Sequence record: SRR31156797_4237
Reading direction: 5' to 3' (one strand)
Length of the DNA stretch: 35,723 nucleotides
Part shown: piece after piece, positions 9,268 through 19,049 of the stretch
Position numbering within the stretch: position 1 is the first letter of the stretch
Layout: every line of letters begins with the position of its first letter
Program-made: the position numbers and the translations under genes
The notes under the pieces: model-generated
What the model was told of the DNA's origin: nothing
The model's input: only the letters and a program-made list of their open reading frames with translations
The model's database searches: none

Positions 9268-10422
9268 TTAATAAGATGTTTTAAGTGGTCCTTGGTAAGT
9301 AGGTTCATAAGAGGTGAGAGCATATCTAATTCCATCCATTGCGTGATTAAATAAGTCTTCAGGTATATTTAAAATATTTCCTTCTTTATCCGTTTTCCAA
9401 AGATAGTTCCTATATTCTTTAATCAGATTTACGCTCCGTTTAGTTATCGAACATTTTTGATCTTGAACAAATTGTATTCCTTGGTTGACACTATCCTTTC
9501 CCTTAGTAGCTCCGATAATATTAACCCCGTAGGAATAAATTTCGTCTATGCTTTTTGGTTCTGCACTATCAGCTATTACCGTTGACTTGTCCTGATTGAG
9601 AAGTATGTCAGCTATTTGTTTGTTAGAAAGTCCTTTTTGGTAAGTAATTTCATCAAAAATGAAACTATCATTATATTTATAGATTGCTATTATTGCAGTA
9701 GGGTCGTTGGAATATCCAAAATCTAATCCGTATCTATCAAGTCTTGCTTCATGAGGTAACTCATCGAGAATTTTCCAATCTTTGTATATTTTCCCTTCTG
9801 CTTCTCCTAGCAATCCTAACCCGTAGACTCTCCACCAATTTTTATTTCCTTTTCGTTGTTCAATGGATTTTCGTATTTCTATTGGTAGGGCTTCGTTATC
9901 AAGATAGGTTAATGTAATGAAATCTACATCGTCTCTTACCCCCTGAACATCCGTATAAAACCAAAATTCATAAGTCGGGTTCCAGTCAAGATAGATAAAC
10001 TCTCTCGTTCTAACTTCTAACTGGTCAAAAGCGTCATAAGGAATATTGTTTGCTTCGTTGATAAAAAGGCGGTCTCTTCGGGGTCCTCTAACTTTATCTG
10101 GCTGGTCGGCGGAAAAAAACTCAATTTTACTTCCAGTTTCAAAGGTGTACGTGAAGTCTCCTCTATTCCAGTTGTCGTCCTTATAGTAATTATGCTCTTT
10201 CATTATGTTCAAAAAGTCTCTCATCACACCTCTTTTAAGATGCGGAAAACTCTCTGAAACAATACTGGTTAAGGTAGGGGATTTATCAGATTGGGCGAGA
10301 TGAATAAGGTAAAGTACAATGGAAACGGTCTTGGAAGCTGATGTTCCACCACAAACAGCTCTAATTCTCTTATTTAGATTCGATATTTTCCTTGTTGCTG
10401 TCGTTGCTTGAAACTTCGCCAT
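9268..10422 (-). CDS. terL: Terminase large subunit, PBSX family
   Basis: GGTSASKT Walker A, LFINEAN Walker B, YLDWNP, GLDFGYSNDP nuclease motif, DSAEP, NHAMDGIRY. Confidence 0.93.
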   Translation of the reverse strand: MAKFQATTATRKISNLNKRIRAVCGGTSASKTVSIVLYLIHLAQSDKSPTLTSIVSESFPHLKRGVMRDFLNIMKEHNYYKDDNWNRGDFTYTFETGSKIEFFSADQPDKVRGPRRDRLFINEANNIPYDAFDQLEVRTREFIYLDWNPTYEFWFYTDVQGVRDDVDFITLTYLDNEALPIEIRKSIEQRKGNKNWWRVYGLGLLGEAEGKIYKDWKILDELPHEARLDRYGLDFGYSNDPTAIIAIYKYNDSFIFDEITYQKGLSNKQIADILLNQDKSTVIADSAEPKSIDEIYSYGVNIIGATKGKDSVNQGIQFVQDQKCSITKRSVNLIKEYRNYLWKTDKEGNILNIPEDLFNHAMDGIRYALTSYEPTYQGPLKTSY

Positions 10423-10765
10423 TTTGTTCTTTTAAGGCATTGTTTAAAATTGGAATCGGTTTATCCCCACTTGTAATATCTGTTTTTTCTCTAAATTCTA
10501 ATATGAACTTCATATACAACTCGGCTGCTCGGTTATCAGTTTTACCTCTCTTACCAAGGTTGTTTAAAACTTCAGGAGCATATTTTTTTGCGTTTGTAAG
10601 AATAGTCTCAATAATTGCTTTTTGATTTTCTGGTTTTTTCTTTATGAAATGATAAGTGCTTTTCGGAATATCGTTATCTTTGCACCATTGAAAAGTGCTC
10701 TTTTCCCGAAGAGTTATTGGTGTTGCTTCTCTAAGTATCATTTGGTCTATCCAATTTTCTTTCAT
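10370..10765 (-). CDS. terS: Terminase small subunit (start re-called at MKENW)
   Basis: HTH-like FQWCKDNDIPKSTY and C-terminal KTDITSGDKPIPIL; immediately precedes terL and overlaps it by 53 nt. Confidence 0.7.
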   Translation of the reverse strand: MKENWIDQMILREATPITLREKSTFQWCKDNDIPKSTYHFIKKKPENQKAIIETILTNAKKYAPEVLNNLGKRGKTDNRAAELYMKFILEFREKTDITSGDKPIPILNNALKEQNGEVSSNDSNKENIESK

Positions 10766-10865
10766 TTTTGTTCCCTGTGTATTGCCGTCAAACGAAAAAA
10801 ACCTGTGTAGAAAATCCTCGCTGACGGCGAGATACACAGGTTTTATAAGTTTTATTTACTCTACT

Positions 10866-10894
10866 AGTATACACCCAAACGTTAAAAAAGTCAA
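10866..10894 (-). promoter_or_regulatory. sigma70-type promoter for the packaging/virion operon
   Basis: TTGACT-17 nt-TATACT. Confidence 0.7.
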
Positions 10895-10950
10895 ACACCT
10901 AAAATATGGATGTTAGTTTTAAGCTAATATAAGCCAAAAACAAGGACTTT

Positions 10951-11892
10951 TTATTTTGGACTTTTTTTTAGATAGTCTTCAAGCTTAGGAATACTCCTTT
11001 CCCATGTGTATCTCAATGAAGTTTCAAAACCTTTAATTGCAACTCTATCGTTAAGATTCATATCAAGATTCAAAACGTGAATACAGTTATTACCATAATC
11101 ACACCAATCATTACCTCCCATGTCTTGAGTTACTACCTGACAACGTGAAGCCATTGCTTCAAGAATTGGAAGACAAAATCCTTCGCTCTCTGACAATTTT
11201 AGAAATATTTTAGCTCTCTGATAAATTTTAGGGATTTCATCTTGAGGTGGATTCTTAAAAATCTTTGATTCATCCAGCCTCTTATTAACCCGATTGCCGT
11301 CTATTTCAGCTACTACGTCATTATGGGCGTCTCTTGAAAGCCAACCTACGTTATCTGTGTGTTTAAAAGCCAAACCAAAAGATTTAGGAATATTCTTATT
11401 CTCTTCGTCATTGCCTTCTATGAGAATATCAATATCTCTTTCAAGTCTAAAATCCTCAAAGAATCTATTGTTTATTCCGTTAAGAATAACGGTAAAATCT
11501 CTACCAGTCCAAGAACCTGCATAATCAGAAACAGCCATTATCTCCCAAGCCTTCCGATTTCGGATTTCAAGACATTTCTTTTTTTGGTCATCTCCGACAT
11601 AGGCTTTAAGGTCATGTCCCTGTACAAATTGAATTTTGCGTCCCTTGTATTTTTCAAGCTCGAATACTTGAGGATACCAAACAGAAACAATGACATCTTC
11701 GTCTGTGAAGGATTCCAGCTCCTTAAAATCGTAAACTGGCACTGTCTCAAAAGACATTTGGAGTTCAGGATTGCGTCCTTTAGCCACGATAAAAGCATCA
11801 TAACCTTTTTCTCGAAGCCCTTTACAGTGTTCAAATGGAACTAAAATTCCTCCGCAAAGAGGAATTTGGTCAACTACGTATGCTATTTTCAT
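10951..11892 (-). CDS. Glycosyltransferase, GT-B fold (GT4-like)
   Basis: N-terminal CGG; EGFCLPILEAMAS (E-x7-E) motif. Confidence 0.85.
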   Translation of the reverse strand: MKIAYVVDQIPLCGGILVPFEHCKGLREKGYDAFIVAKGRNPELQMSFETVPVYDFKELESFTDEDVIVSVWYPQVFELEKYKGRKIQFVQGHDLKAYVGDDQKKKCLEIRNRKAWEIMAVSDYAGSWTGRDFTVILNGINNRFFEDFRLERDIDILIEGNDEENKNIPKSFGLAFKHTDNVGWLSRDAHNDVVAEIDGNRVNKRLDESKIFKNPPQDEIPKIYQRAKIFLKLSESEGFCLPILEAMASRCQVVTQDMGGNDWCDYGNNCIHVLNLDMNLNDRVAIKGFETSLRYTWERSIPKLEDYLKKSPK

Positions 11893-12080
11893 TGTTTTGA
11901 ATTTAAAAAACTATTTACGTGTTCAGCGAATAAAAGTATAGATTTTTCCCTATTAAGACTTTTGGGGATAACAAAAGTAAACAACACTTGCCCGTCCCTT
12001 ATTTTTTGATTTTTCACAAAGGCAAAAACAAAACAATTCAAGTCAGGAGTTTCTTCATTTATTGCTCTTATAAGTTTCAT
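11889..12080 (-). CDS. Hypothetical protein
   Basis: 63 aa, overlaps both neighbours by 4 nt. Confidence 0.5.
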   Translation of the reverse strand: MKLIRAINEETPDLNCFVFAFVKNQKIRDGQVLFTFVIPKSLNREKSILLFAEHVNSFLNSKQ

Positions 12081-13519
12081 AATTGATGTTCATACCTCTC
12101 CTTTATTTGTTGTCGTCCAAACTCCTGCCTCTCGTCAAGACGAGCTATCCTAGAGCCTTGTTTGCGACGATAAATAAATAGAGGTTCTTTTATTTGTTTA
12201 AAACGATATTTCTTTTGAATGGCTAAATTACAGAAGAAATCCCAGTCTTCATAATTAGCTTCGGGGTCAAATCCTCCGTAAGGGTCATAACAGCGTCTAT
12301 CAATCAAAGCACAAGTGGAAGGGATTGTTTGAGCCTGTATTAGGTCGGCTGGATTAAAGTCCGGATACTGATGATGTGGAACGTCAATATCTCCAATCAT
12401 TTTCATATCTGTAAAAACTACCTCGCAATCTTCTTCCTGCATAACCTTGAGAGTCTTTTCAATATATTCAGGGTGGAGCATATCGTCTGCGTCTAAACAG
12501 ATAAAGAAATCTCCTGTTGAGGCTTCTATTCCTCTATTGCGAGCTTCTGAAACGTCTCGGTTAGTATCTTGTTGAAGAAGGGTAACGGGATATTTCTTGA
12601 TCACTTCTACTGAGGTATCTGTTGAAGCATCGTCCACCACTATAATTTCGTGGGGTTTGTGAGTTTGATTTAGACAGCTTTCAATAGCCTCGCCTACATA
12701 TAACTCATAATTATAGCAGGGGATAATGATTGAAACCTTTGGATTAGGAAGAATCCGCTTTGGGATAATTTCTGGAAAGGTGTGTTCTTCCATTTTATAC
12801 AAACCATTAACCCACTGGTTTGCTCTTGCATTTCTTTCGTTTTGAGCGTCATCATATTCAGGATGGGTAAACTTTTCATATTTGAGCCTTTTGTTCAGCT
12901 CGAAATTGTAGCCTCTTCCCCTGGCTAAGTGATAAAAGATTATGTCCTGTCTGATAGGCTGGTGTGGGTGTTCAAAACTGTGGTCATCAGGGTTATCATA
13001 TTCAAGCACCCCCTCTATCCCTTTGCCCTTACATTTGACCTGGCGGTATTCAGGCTTAACGATAGTCATATCAAGGGGCAAAACTCCGTGATATTTTTCA
13101 ACCACCTCCCTTTTATAGAGCCTGTCGGGATAATGTTCTATCGGTTCTACGTATCCTTTACGCCACGCCACATTGAAATATTTGACTCTAGCGGAAATAG
13201 CGTCTCCTGGGTTGTTGACAAACTCAAGAATCTTTTCCATTGATTCTTTCGGATACAGCTCATCAGCATCACACTGAAGAAACCAGTCTCCAGTAGCCTG
13301 TTGAAGTGAGAAAGTTCTAGCCTTGCCCATATCGAGAGGCTCCTGATATGGATATTCAAAGTATTTTACCTTGTTGAACTTTCGAGCGATTTCTGCCGTT
13401 TTGTCTTCGGATTGCATATCAACCAAAATAATTTCATCTACAAATGGATGAGTTAATTCAAGGGATTTTTCTAAGATGTCCTCTTCATCTCGGACAACAT
13501 AAAGTGCTGATAGGGTCAT
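12077..13519 (-). CDS. Glycosyltransferase with two GT2 domains
   Basis: Domain 1 VRDEE...VDMQSEDKT...CDADE; domain 2 VSIIIPCYN...VVDDASTD...ARNRG...LDADD...EDWDF. Confidence 0.9.
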   Translation of the reverse strand: MTLSALYVVRDEEDILEKSLELTHPFVDEIILVDMQSEDKTAEIARKFNKVKYFEYPYQEPLDMGKARTFSLQQATGDWFLQCDADELYPKESMEKILEFVNNPGDAISARVKYFNVAWRKGYVEPIEHYPDRLYKREVVEKYHGVLPLDMTIVKPEYRQVKCKGKGIEGVLEYDNPDDHSFEHPHQPIRQDIIFYHLARGRGYNFELNKRLKYEKFTHPEYDDAQNERNARANQWVNGLYKMEEHTFPEIIPKRILPNPKVSIIIPCYNYELYVGEAIESCLNQTHKPHEIIVVDDASTDTSVEVIKKYPVTLLQQDTNRDVSEARNRGIEASTGDFFICLDADDMLHPEYIEKTLKVMQEEDCEVVFTDMKMIGDIDVPHHQYPDFNPADLIQAQTIPSTCALIDRRCYDPYGGFDPEANYEDWDFFCNLAIQKKYRFKQIKEPLFIYRRKQGSRIARLDERQEFGRQQIKERYEHQL

Positions 13520-13767
13520 TGGATTGCAATTACATCTGTATCTTCGACAATAGCATATTGTTTTCCTTTTATTTCCATAAGAGGAAAAGCCTTTAATTTT
13601 TCATCTGTAAAAAAAGCTTCTTTTCCAATTTCAATTTCATCAGAAACTTCTTGCCCTTTGTCTTTAATGAAAAATTCGTATGTTTTTGAATCTTTTTGCT
13701 CTGTTACAATCTTTGATTTCTTTTGTTTGAGTTCGATTAAAACTCTATTCATTGTTGGTTTTAACAT
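13516..13767 (-). CDS. groES: GroES-like co-chaperonin
   Basis: MLKPTMNRVLIE...GKQYAIVEDTDVIAI matches the Cpn10 termini; mobile loop is divergent. Confidence 0.7.
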   Translation of the reverse strand: MLKPTMNRVLIELKQKKSKIVTEQKDSKTYEFFIKDKGQEVSDEIEIGKEAFFTDEKLKAFPLMEIKGKQYAIVEDTDVIAIQ

Positions 13768-14602
13768 AGTTTTCGTTATAATAATTAATACATTCTTTTA
13801 AGCCGTCCTCTAAAGAAACTTGAGGCTTCCAACCTGTATCTTTAGTTAGAGGCTCAGTATTGGCTTTTAATTTAGTGTCTGGGGTCTCTCCTGCTCTCAT
13901 AGGAATATTTGAAAGCTCGCTCCGTCCTCCTGTGAGGTCTCGAATCATTTCAGCAACTTTATTCAATTCAACCTCATCGGCTCCGACTTCGTATGTTTTT
14001 CCCTCACAAACATCAAAGTTATCCATCATTGCTATTACAGAAGATACTGTGTCGTCTGTGTGAATCAGGTCAACGGTTTGGTGTCCATTGCCGTAAATTT
14101 CTATTGGTATTCCTTTAAGTCCGTTTACAATCCAAGTAGGAATAGCCTTCTTATATCCTGCTTCCTCAAAAAGTGGTTGTCCGTTTCCATAAACGTTGAA
14201 CCATTTTACTACTGAAGCCTTTAAATCAAATTCCCTGCGATACATTTCTGTAAACTGTTCACTGGCGTCTTTCGTGATTGAGTAAGTATTTACCCAAACA
14301 TTTGGTTTAGAGATTTCAATAAGTTTTACTCCGTGTTTTACACAAGCGTCTAACACGTTTACTGTTCCCCCAATGTTAATTTTGACTGCTTTAGCGGTGT
14401 CAGAAACTAATTCGTGAGTTCCCAACATTCCTGCAAGGTGAAAACAAAAGTCTTGTCCTTTTAGTGCTTCCATTACTTGTTCTGCGTCTGTAACATCTTG
14501 ACCATCAACAAGGTCAAAGGTTGTTACGTTGTGTTTTTTACTTAGTTCTTTTACGAGGTGTTGACCTATAAAGCCCTTTCCTCCAGTTACACAAATTTTC
14601 AT
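13745..14602 (-). CDS. NAD-dependent nucleotide-sugar epimerase/dehydratase
   Basis: VTGGKGFIG, FHLAG, YSITK (YxxxK), FNVYG. Confidence 0.9.
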   Translation of the reverse strand: MKICVTGGKGFIGQHLVKELSKKHNVTTFDLVDGQDVTDAEQVMEALKGQDFCFHLAGMLGTHELVSDTAKAVKINIGGTVNVLDACVKHGVKLIEISKPNVWVNTYSITKDASEQFTEMYRREFDLKASVVKWFNVYGNGQPLFEEAGYKKAIPTWIVNGLKGIPIEIYGNGHQTVDLIHTDDTVSSVIAMMDNFDVCEGKTYEVGADEVELNKVAEMIRDLTGGRSELSNIPMRAGETPDTKLKANTEPLTKDTGWKPQVSLEDGLKECINYYNENYVKTNNE

Positions 14603-15255
14603 TTACGTGTTTTTAATAATAAGATATGTTCTGCTAAATGTTCACTTTCAAAATCTGGAAAATCATCTGCTGAAATCCACTTGGCTTCGCCACAAGTTTC
14701 CCATTCTCCATTTCCCATTTTAAGTTCACGTTCTTTTCCTATTTTAGAATCTCGGTCTCCGTCTATAATAATTAATTGTCTGCCTTTTTTGAGATAGCGT
14801 TTAATTTCGTTTACAGTCTTATTCTGATTAAGGCTCTGTTGAAGAGTCATAATCATATATATCAAATCAAAGTGATATGTTGGATAAGGCATAGAGTCCA
14901 TATTTCCAACTGTCTTGTTTTCAATCTCACAATGTTTTAACATCTCTGGGCTTATATCTAATCCATACTGTTCACAATCTAAAGCCTCGATTACGTTTCC
15001 CATTCCGCAACCTATTTCTAAGACTCTCATATCAGGCTTAACAATCTTCTTGAGATACTCAATAGAAAGCCTATCGCATTCTGTTAATTTTTTAGAAAAC
15101 ATTCCGCTTTTTTTTTGAGCTTCTTTGTTAAAATCATCTCTTATTTTTTGATAATGAAAAGGCTCACAATCAGGAAATCCTTTTTCATCGTAGGTATAAG
15201 TTCCTCCATTATCTAATTCGATTTCCTTTTTTCCTTTGTAACATCTAATTTTCAT
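14599..15255 (-). CDS. Class I SAM-dependent methyltransferase
   Basis: VLEIGCGMG, GLDISPEML, FDLIY, LKKGRQLII. Confidence 0.85.
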   Translation of the reverse strand: MKIRCYKGKKEIELDNGGTYTYDEKGFPDCEPFHYQKIRDDFNKEAQKKSGMFSKKLTECDRLSIEYLKKIVKPDMRVLEIGCGMGNVIEALDCEQYGLDISPEMLKHCEIENKTVGNMDSMPYPTYHFDLIYMIMTLQQSLNQNKTVNEIKRYLKKGRQLIIIDGDRDSKIGKERELKMGNGEWETCGEAKWISADDFPDFESEHLAEHILLLKTRK

Positions 15256-15264
15256 ATATTTAAT

Positions 15265-15852
15265 TTACAATTTATTCCATTTTCCAAAATCATTTCCTAT
15301 TTTTATTAAATGTTTAAGTTTTTCTAATCTCTCATCAGTATTAAATGCGTGAGGGTCTAAGAAAAATGTAAAATCCTCTCCTTTTTCACAAAGCGTTTGA
15401 AATATCTCTAAGAAATCTCTCTCACAAGCATTGGGTCCGAAATGGTGGTGTGAACTGAAATAAACTCTTAAATTCTCTGTGAAGGGTCTGCAATGAGGGC
15501 ATTCGATACAAGTCATCTCTGGTTTGTATCCTCGCTTGACCATTTCCTTAGCTGTATCGGGAAAATTTCTTAAATGTGGGCTTCTGTAAACATTACAGTC
15601 AATTCCATACATCTTTTTTAGGAATTCGTGATTTTTCTCTAAATCCGCTATTCGCTCTTTTAAGGGGGTTTCGTACCATTCTCCGTGAGAATAGCTATGA
15701 TTGCCTATTTGGACGTTCTGGGGGTAATTTTGAGCCTCTGAGGGGTGTCTTGAGCCAACAAGGAAGAAAGTTACAGGCGTATTTCTTATGATTGGGAGAA
15801 TTCTTGGAACGTGGTCATAATCTTCAATATAGTCAAAATCGAATGCCATCAT
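15265..15852 (-). CDS. Polysaccharide deacetylase (NodB/CE4-like); start re-called at the ATG overlapping the HNH stop
   Basis: FDFD, TFFLVG, IGNHSYSH, YRSP motifs. Confidence 0.8.
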   Translation of the reverse strand: MMAFDFDYIEDYDHVPRILPIIRNTPVTFFLVGSRHPSEAQNYPQNVQIGNHSYSHGEWYETPLKERIADLEKNHEFLKKMYGIDCNVYRSPHLRNFPDTAKEMVKRGYKPEMTCIECPHCRPFTENLRVYFSSHHHFGPNACERDFLEIFQTLCEKGEDFTFFLDPHAFNTDERLEKLKHLIKIGNDFGKWNKL

Positions 15853-16684
15853 TATTGAAATTTGTTTCTTGGGTTCCCACATTTGGTTTTATTATGACAC
15901 TTTTTACAAAGAGTAACTCCTTCTAAGCTCCATAGCTCTTCACAATTCAGTGCCTCATTTAATGATTTAATATTGTGTTTATCTAATATTTGATAAAAAT
16001 AAATTGGGTAATGGTGTGCTTCTAAATATCCCCCTCTTTCTTTACATTCCTTACAAGTGTAATTATCTCTCTTAAATATACTTTCTCTCCATAATTTATA
16101 CTTATAACAGGTTCTTATTTGTTGAGATAATGTCTTTCTACCACCTTTCCAGTTATAACTTTTTTTACCCCTAAACCACCTACTTCTTCGAGCCCTCTCT
16201 TTTTTTGTCATTCTCCGACTAGCAGACTTAGACATTTTAATTAGGGTTTGCTTCGAATGTTTTTTACCTAGCCACTTGGTATTACCCTTAGCTGATAAAG
16301 ACATTTTCTTTCTTGTTTTTTTGGTGTGCTTTTTTCCTAACCAGTTTTGATTCCCTAGCATTCTTTCTCTAGCTTCTTTTTTCTTCTCAGGAGTATTAAA
16401 TATCTTTTTTATTTTTAGCACGTGTTCTTTTGTTTTCTTTTTACCTTTCAGTGCTTTGGATATATTCCTCCTATGTTCGCTGGAAAACTTTCTTGTTTTC
16501 CGCTTGTTAGCTTTACTAATTTTTTCTTTTGTTTGTTTTGAATGCTTTTTTCCTTTTCGGAGTGTATTACCTTTTCGGAATGGCATATTTTTAATAATTG
16601 CCAATTCTTTGCCCAACTTGCGAGAAAGGCAAAGAATAGACAACGCAAGTTAATTATTTATTTAAATTCAATATAGTCAAAATC
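15823..16684. repeat. 18-bp direct repeat flanking the HNH gene
   Basis: TTCAATATAGTCAAAATC at 15823-15840 and 16667-16684; both copies encode DFDYIE on the - strand. Confidence 0.9.
15852..16586 (-). CDS. NUMOD3-repeat HNH homing endonuclease (start re-called at MPFRKG)
   Basis: Repeated GKKHSxxTxxKxS units; RDNYTCKEC...LEAHH...GVTLCKKCH. Confidence 0.88.
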   Translation of the reverse strand: MPFRKGNTLRKGKKHSKQTKEKISKANKRKTRKFSSEHRRNISKALKGKKKTKEHVLKIKKIFNTPEKKKEARERMLGNQNWLGKKHTKKTRKKMSLSAKGNTKWLGKKHSKQTLIKMSKSASRRMTKKERARRSRWFRGKKSYNWKGGRKTLSQQIRTCYKYKLWRESIFKRDNYTCKECKERGGYLEAHHYPIYFYQILDKHNIKSLNEALNCEELWSLEGVTLCKKCHNKTKCGNPRNKFQ

Positions 16685-16705
16685 AAAACTCAAAAAAATC
16701 TTCAT
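16658..16705 (-). pseudogene. Stranded original 5' end of the deacetylase gene (MKIFLSFDFDYIEFK*)
   Basis: ATG overlaps the upstream TGA (ATGA); shares FDFDYIE with the downstream deacetylase. Confidence 0.75.
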
Positions 16706-17286
16706 TTATATTTTTTAGGGAAATTTCCAAAAGACTTCAAATGATATACTTCCGATAGTCGTCTGTTGTATTTCTCTCTATTACTTGTTACTAATTTGTC
16801 TCGCTCTTTTTTTAACTTGTTTGGGATTTTATCTACAATCCCTGTTTCTTCATCGTGTAAGAAAGGTAAGTCAAGTGAAGCTACTCCCGCTATCGTTTTT
16901 ATCCTTTCTCGGTATTCACAATCAGCGTATCCATACTTTCCAAATCCCTCCCACATATAACCTACTTGTTTCAATACCTCTTTTGGAATCATCATTAGAC
17001 AGCCCCAGTCGGAACCATTCCTACCCATACAAACTACTGTGCTTTGGTTAAAGACTTCTAAAAATTTTTCATACCAGCCTTTAGGATAGATTAGGTCGTC
17101 ATCACACTTTAGAATGTCGTCATCGAATCCAACTTTACGAAGAGACTTGTTATAGTTAAAAACGTGTCCTTCAAGGTTTTTATCGTTGCAAACTATTACC
17201 TTTTGTTTGGTAGTTTCTTTCAGGGATTTCAGAGAGGCTTTTGAAAGTTCAGGTCTTAGGTTTGTGGTTAGGAAAAGTATTTTCAT
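16702..17286 (-). CDS. GT2-like glycosyltransferase
   Basis: LKCDDD (DxD), VGYMWEGFGKYGYADCEY. Confidence 0.7.
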   Translation of the reverse strand: MKILFLTTNLRPELSKASLKSLKETTKQKVIVCNDKNLEGHVFNYNKSLRKVGFDDDILKCDDDLIYPKGWYEKFLEVFNQSTVVCMGRNGSDWGCLMMIPKEVLKQVGYMWEGFGKYGYADCEYRERIKTIAGVASLDLPFLHDEETGIVDKIPNKLKKERDKLVTSNREKYNRRLSEVYHLKSFGNFPKKYK

Positions 17287-18773
17287 TACATAACTGGTAA
17301 TTGCTCCTCCTCTTTGGGTTTAACAATTACAACTTCTGTGGTTAAGAACATCGAGGCAACACTAGAGGCATTTTCAAGAGCCAGTCTGACAACTTTTGTC
17401 GGGTCAACTATTCCAGCCTTAAATAAATCCTCATAGGTATCAGTTTTGGCATTGTAGCCATTGCCATTTAAAACTTTTGATAGAATCATAGAGCCGTCTT
17501 TTCCTGCGTTCTCTGCAATCTGTTTAATAGGTTCTTTCATTGCTCGGTCTAATAAAGTGTCCTCTGTGGCAAGTCGGGCTAAAGCACATCCTCCACCTTC
17601 AACAATTCCCTCCTCAACTGCCGCTTGAGTTGCGTTAACAGCGTCAACTATTCTGTCCTTTTTCTCGTTCATTTCAGCTTCGGTGGAAGCTCCAACTTTT
17701 ATAACTCCTACTCCTCCAGTTAATCGGGCTAATCGGGTTTTGAGCTGGTCTTTGTCAAAATCTGATTCTGCCAACTTCAAATCCTGTCTGATTATTTTAA
17801 TTCTATCCTTGGCTTCAAAGCCTCCAACAAGGGTAGTAGTGTCTTTGGTTACGATAGCCTGTTTACATTTACCCAAATCCTCAAGAGTCACTTCTTCCAG
17901 CTTGTGTTCGGTTGAAATAAATTGTCCGTCAGTTAATGAAGCAATATCTTTCAGGGTCTCTTTTTGATGGTCTCCGAAGCCTGGGGCATTGACAGCAACA
18001 ACATTTAAAGAGCCTTTTATTTTATTAGCATGAAAATCTCTTAGGGCTAAGTCAGAAACTCCATCTGAAATAATGAGAAGATTCTTTCTGCCCTTTTGAG
18101 CCATCCCTTCTAATAGGGGTAAAATCTCCTGAATAGAAGCTAGGTTCTTTTCTGTGACCAAAATGTAGGGGTCTTTGATTGAATCTTGAGCCATGAATGG
18201 AGCCACAAATCCTTTGTCAAATTGCATTCCTTTAACCACTTCTTTTTCAACTGTGAATTGTCCCTCCTCAACTGTGATAACTCCGTCCTCTCCAACTTCT
18301 TTCATAGTTTCTGCGATTATCTTTCCTATCTCTTTGTCGTTGGCACTGACTGCTCCAACTTGAGCCACGTTAGATACAGGATTAGAAGAATCTTTTAACT
18401 GTTCAACAACCTCTTTAACTCTGTTATCAATTTCCTGTTTAATATCGAGTGGGCTTACTCCTGCGGATACCTGTTTAAGTCCTTCGGTAATCATAGCCTG
18501 GGCTAGAACTGTTGCGGTGGTTGTTCCGTCTCCTGCGTGGTCATTAGTCTTTGAAGCCGCCTCTTTGATTAGCTCAGCTCCCAGTTTCTCATATTCGTTT
18601 TTAACCTCAACCTCTTTGGCTACGGTCACACCGTCTTTAGTGACTTGTGGTGTTCCAAATCGCTTATCTATGACTACGTTTCTACCTTTCGGTCCTAACG
18701 TAACCTTTACAGCGTTGGCGAGCTGGTCAGCTCCTTTTTTGATTTTTGTTCGTGCTTGTTCGTTAAATAGCAT
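17286..18773 (-). CDS. groEL: Chaperonin GroEL (compact, 495 aa)
   Basis: [65 protein letters not shown]. Confidence 0.96.
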   Translation of the reverse strand: MLFNEQARTKIKKGADQLANAVKVTLGPKGRNVVIDKRFGTPQVTKDGVTVAKEVEVKNEYEKLGAELIKEAASKTNDHAGDGTTTATVLAQAMITEGLKQVSAGVSPLDIKQEIDNRVKEVVEQLKDSSNPVSNVAQVGAVSANDKEIGKIIAETMKEVGEDGVITVEEGQFTVEKEVVKGMQFDKGFVAPFMAQDSIKDPYILVTEKNLASIQEILPLLEGMAQKGRKNLLIISDGVSDLALRDFHANKIKGSLNVVAVNAPGFGDHQKETLKDIASLTDGQFISTEHKLEEVTLEDLGKCKQAIVTKDTTTLVGGFEAKDRIKIIRQDLKLAESDFDKDQLKTRLARLTGGVGVIKVGASTEAEMNEKKDRIVDAVNATQAAVEEGIVEGGGCALARLATEDTLLDRAMKEPIKQIAENAGKDGSMILSKVLNGNGYNAKTDTYEDLFKAGIVDPTKVVRLALENASSVASMFLTTEVVIVKPKEEEQLPVM

Positions 18774-18782
18774 TTGGTTTAA

Positions 18783-19049
18783 TTACTTTTTATTTAATCC
18801 TAACAATTCTAAAATATCGTCCTCTTTCTCCTCCATTAATCTACCTACAGCTTCTCCAATAATTTTCTCATGCTTTTTTGTAAATGCTTCTAAGAATCTA
18901 TCTTCTATCGTTTTATAAATAAATTCTTTAGCTTTTGGCAGAACATCAATAACATTTAGAATTTCAGAGGCGTCTTTATCACCAAACGTCGGAACATGCA
19001 TTTGTATTTCTTTTGGTAGCCTTATTTTTATTATTATTTCGTCTTCCAT
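18783..19049 (-). CDS. Hypothetical protein
   Basis: 88 aa ORF in operon context. Confidence 0.55.
   Translation of the reverse strand: MEDEIIIKIRLPKEIQMHVPTFGDKDASEILNVIDVLPKAKEFIYKTIEDRFLEAFTKKHEKIIGEAVGRLMEEKEDDILELLGLNKK

Noticed and set aside
15852-16660. Group I intron around the NUMOD3-HNH gene
   Set aside because: Only ~70 nt of non-coding sequence flank the ORF and no P3/P7 core is visible; the direct repeat explains the structure better.
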